Part shown: positions 62,644-64,000 of the stretch, piece after piece
Numbering within the stretch: the stretch's first letter is position 1
How the letters are laid out: each line of letters starts with the position of its first letter
Assembly: GCA_045604305.1 (NCBI GenBank)
Contig: JAZUNV010000064.1
Location: 893 to 64,892 of the forward strand
Length of the DNA stretch: 64,000 bases
Direction of reading: 5' to 3'
From: Anaerovoracaceae bacterium
GTDB lineage: Bacteria > Bacillota > Clostridia > Peptostreptococcales > Anaerovoracaceae
Program-made: the position numbers and the translations under genes
The notes under the pieces: model-generated
Seen by the model: only the letters and a program-made list of their open reading frames with translations
Database searches by the model: none
Told to the model about the DNA's origin: nothing

Positions 62644-62828
62644 GATTTGACTCCTTTCGTCTTAGGAAATGATAGCTTTGTCCATACACTCAAGATTTTA
62701 CCATATCCCGCGTCTAAAAGTACCCCTAAAATTAGGTGCTTTTTGATGACACGGCTCGTCATCCTGTGATATAATTTTCGGGCTGATGCAATGGCGTCGG
62801 CATACAGAAAATAAAAGGAAATCAAGGA

Positions 62829-64000
62829 ATGAAAGACATTGAAATCAAAGAACTGTTCCGTAACACTGCGGAGTACGCGGACAGGGAAGTATTCGTCCAC
62901 GGATGGGTCAGGGGAAACCGCGGCAACAACCAGATCGGATTCCTCCAGATCAACGACGGCAGCTTCTTCACATCGCTCCAGGTCGTATACGAGGCAGACA
63001 AGCTCGACAATTTCCAGGAGGTATCACATTACCGCCTGAGTTCGGGAGTAGAGGTAAGGGGCAAGCTGGTGCTCACACCGGATGCAAAGCAGCCGTTTGA
63101 GGTAAAGGCTGAGGAGGTCAGGCTCCTGGCCGACTCCGACGCAGACTATCCTCTCCAGAAGAAGCGCCACACCATGGAGTTCCTGAGAGAGATAGCTCAC
63201 CTGAGACCGAGGAGCAATACATTCTCCGCAGTGTTCAGGGTAAGAAGTGTCGCAGCCTATGCGATTCACAAATTCTTCCAGGAGAAGGACTTCATCTATG
63301 TACACTCGCCTGAGATCACATGCAGCGACGCTGAAGGCGCCGGCGAGATGTTCCAGGTGACGACACTCGATCTCGACAACCTGCCGAGAGACGAGGAGGG
63401 CAACATCGACTACAGCAAGGACTTCTTCGGCAAGAAGGCCAACCTGACGGTATCCGGCCAGCTTGAAGGAGAGATCATGGCGCTGGCGTTCCGCAACATC
63501 TACACCTTCGGACCGACGTTCAGGGCTGAGAACTCCAACACGGCGCGTCACGCATCCGAGTTCTGGATGATGGAGCCTGAGATGGCCTTCTGCGATCTCG
63601 AAGGCAACATGGACCTCGCTGAGGAGATGATCAAGTACATCATCTCATACGTCATGGAGCACTGTCCTGAGGAGATGGAGTTCTTCAACAGCTTCATCGA
63701 CAAGGAGCTCCTCGACAGACTCAACCACATCGTGAATTCCGACTTCGCGAGGATCACCTACACTGAGGCTGTCGACATACTGCAGAAGTCAGGCAAGAAG
63801 TTCGAATATCCGGTCGAGTGGGGACTCGAGCTCCAGACAGAGCACGAGAGATACCTCACAGACGAAGTCTTCAAAAAGCCGATGTTCGTCATCAACTATC
63901 CTAAGGACTGCAAGGCCTTCTACATGAGGCTCAACGATGACGGCAAGACAGTAGCGGCGATGGACATGCTCGTACCGGGAGTAGGCGAGATCATCGGCGG
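62829..64000 (+). CDS. asnS: Asparagine--tRNA ligase (3' end beyond the window)
   Basis: My own translation from ATG 62829 gives [10 protein letters not shown]...[23 protein letters not shown]...[24 protein letters not shown] (class II motif 2 region). The frame stays open to nt 64000. It is absent from the ORF track because there is no stop in the window. Confidence 0.93.
   Translation, partial: MKDIEIKELFRNTAEYADREVFVHGWVRGNRGNNQIGFLQINDGSFFTSLQVVYEADKLDNFQEVSHYRLSSGVEVRGKLVLTPDAKQPFEVKAEEVRLLADSDADYPLQKKRHTMEFLREIAHLRPRSNTFSAVFRVRSVAAYAIHKFFQEKDFIYVHSPEITCSDAEGAGEMFQVTTLDLDNLPRDEEGNIDYSKDFFGKKANLTVSGQLEGEIMALAFRNIYTFGPTFRAENSNTARHASEFWMMEPEMAFCDLEGNMDLAEEMIKYIISYVMEHCPEEMEFFNSFIDKELLDRLNHIVNSDFARITYTEAVDILQKSGKKFEYPVEWGLELQTEHERYLTDEVFKKPMFVINYPKDCKAFYMRLNDDGKTVAAMDMLVPGVGEIIG

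Noticed and set aside
62644-62828. A T-box leader might lie upstream of asnS.
   Set aside because: The spacer is only 185 nt and is shared with the divergent deoD. I saw no specifier-loop/T-box (AAUUAGGGUGGUACCGCG-like) sequence and no terminator/antiterminator pair. There is only a short GATGAC/GTCATC hairpin and a TGaTATAAT extended -10.
1-64000. I scanned for CRISPR arrays, rRNA, transposases, integrases, toxin-antitoxin pairs and known defence-system genes.
   Set aside because: I recognised none. The only regularly spaced repeats are the iteron-like array at 58.2 kb, which has variable spacing, 12-nt units and no cas genes.

Overview
This 64-kb chromosomal segment has gene content typical of an anaerobic Firmicute of the Clostridia type (Etf-coupled lactate dehydrogenase, tungsten AORs, SipW, ECF transporters). 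The taxon is inference only. There are about 60 protein genes at high coding density. All but two (XRE regulator 35338-35625, deoD 61936-62643) are on the + strand. I recognised no rRNA, tRNA, CRISPR array, transposase or integrase.

Gene blocks:
1. dnaJ (partial), lon, a PLP enzyme, a GGDEF protein, a GH25 muramidase, xth and rpsT.
2. A ~20-kb tungsten/pyranopterin island (9.9-30 kb): two aldehyde:ferredoxin oxidoreductase (AOR) modules, lctD-etfBA-larA, tupABC, moaA, MOSC-MogA, di-Mop, moaC and two moeA genes.
3. A DUF218 protein, threonine aldolase and a GH13 glucosidase.
4. A surface-fibre locus (35.3-41.4 kb): XRE regulator, orphan response regulator, two proteins with SipW-type signal peptides, and a SipW fusion.
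5. adh, Sir2, yedF-DUF3343, HAD, MFS-GDPD-acyltransferase, an ECF module, an MFS transporter, an ABC-GNAT fusion and rarA.
6. A 3.8-kb visibly AT-richer segment bracketed by 143-bp direct repeats.
7. deoD and asnS (partial).

Observations most worth follow-up:
- A textbook -1 slippery heptamer (G_GGA_AAG) sits two codons before the stop of a CooC-like ATPase in the first AOR operon. It opens onto a start-less but selectively conserved MoaD C-terminal half ending in GG.
- A SipW signal peptidase is fused to a copy of its own presumed substrate domain, joined through a SipW-type cleavage-like motif.
- An isopeptide-pilin-like repeat protein carries a SipW-type signal and a degenerate sorting signal, with no sortase in the window.
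- A 205-bp palindromic element has 25-bp perfect termini.
- The repeat-bracketed 3.8-kb segment contains iteron-like repeats.
- Two dispersed non-coding repeat families are present: a TGTACAT-N23-ATGTACA dyad (4 copies) and a 32-nt box (2 copies).

All protein calls come from motif recognition in the supplied translations. No database search was run.
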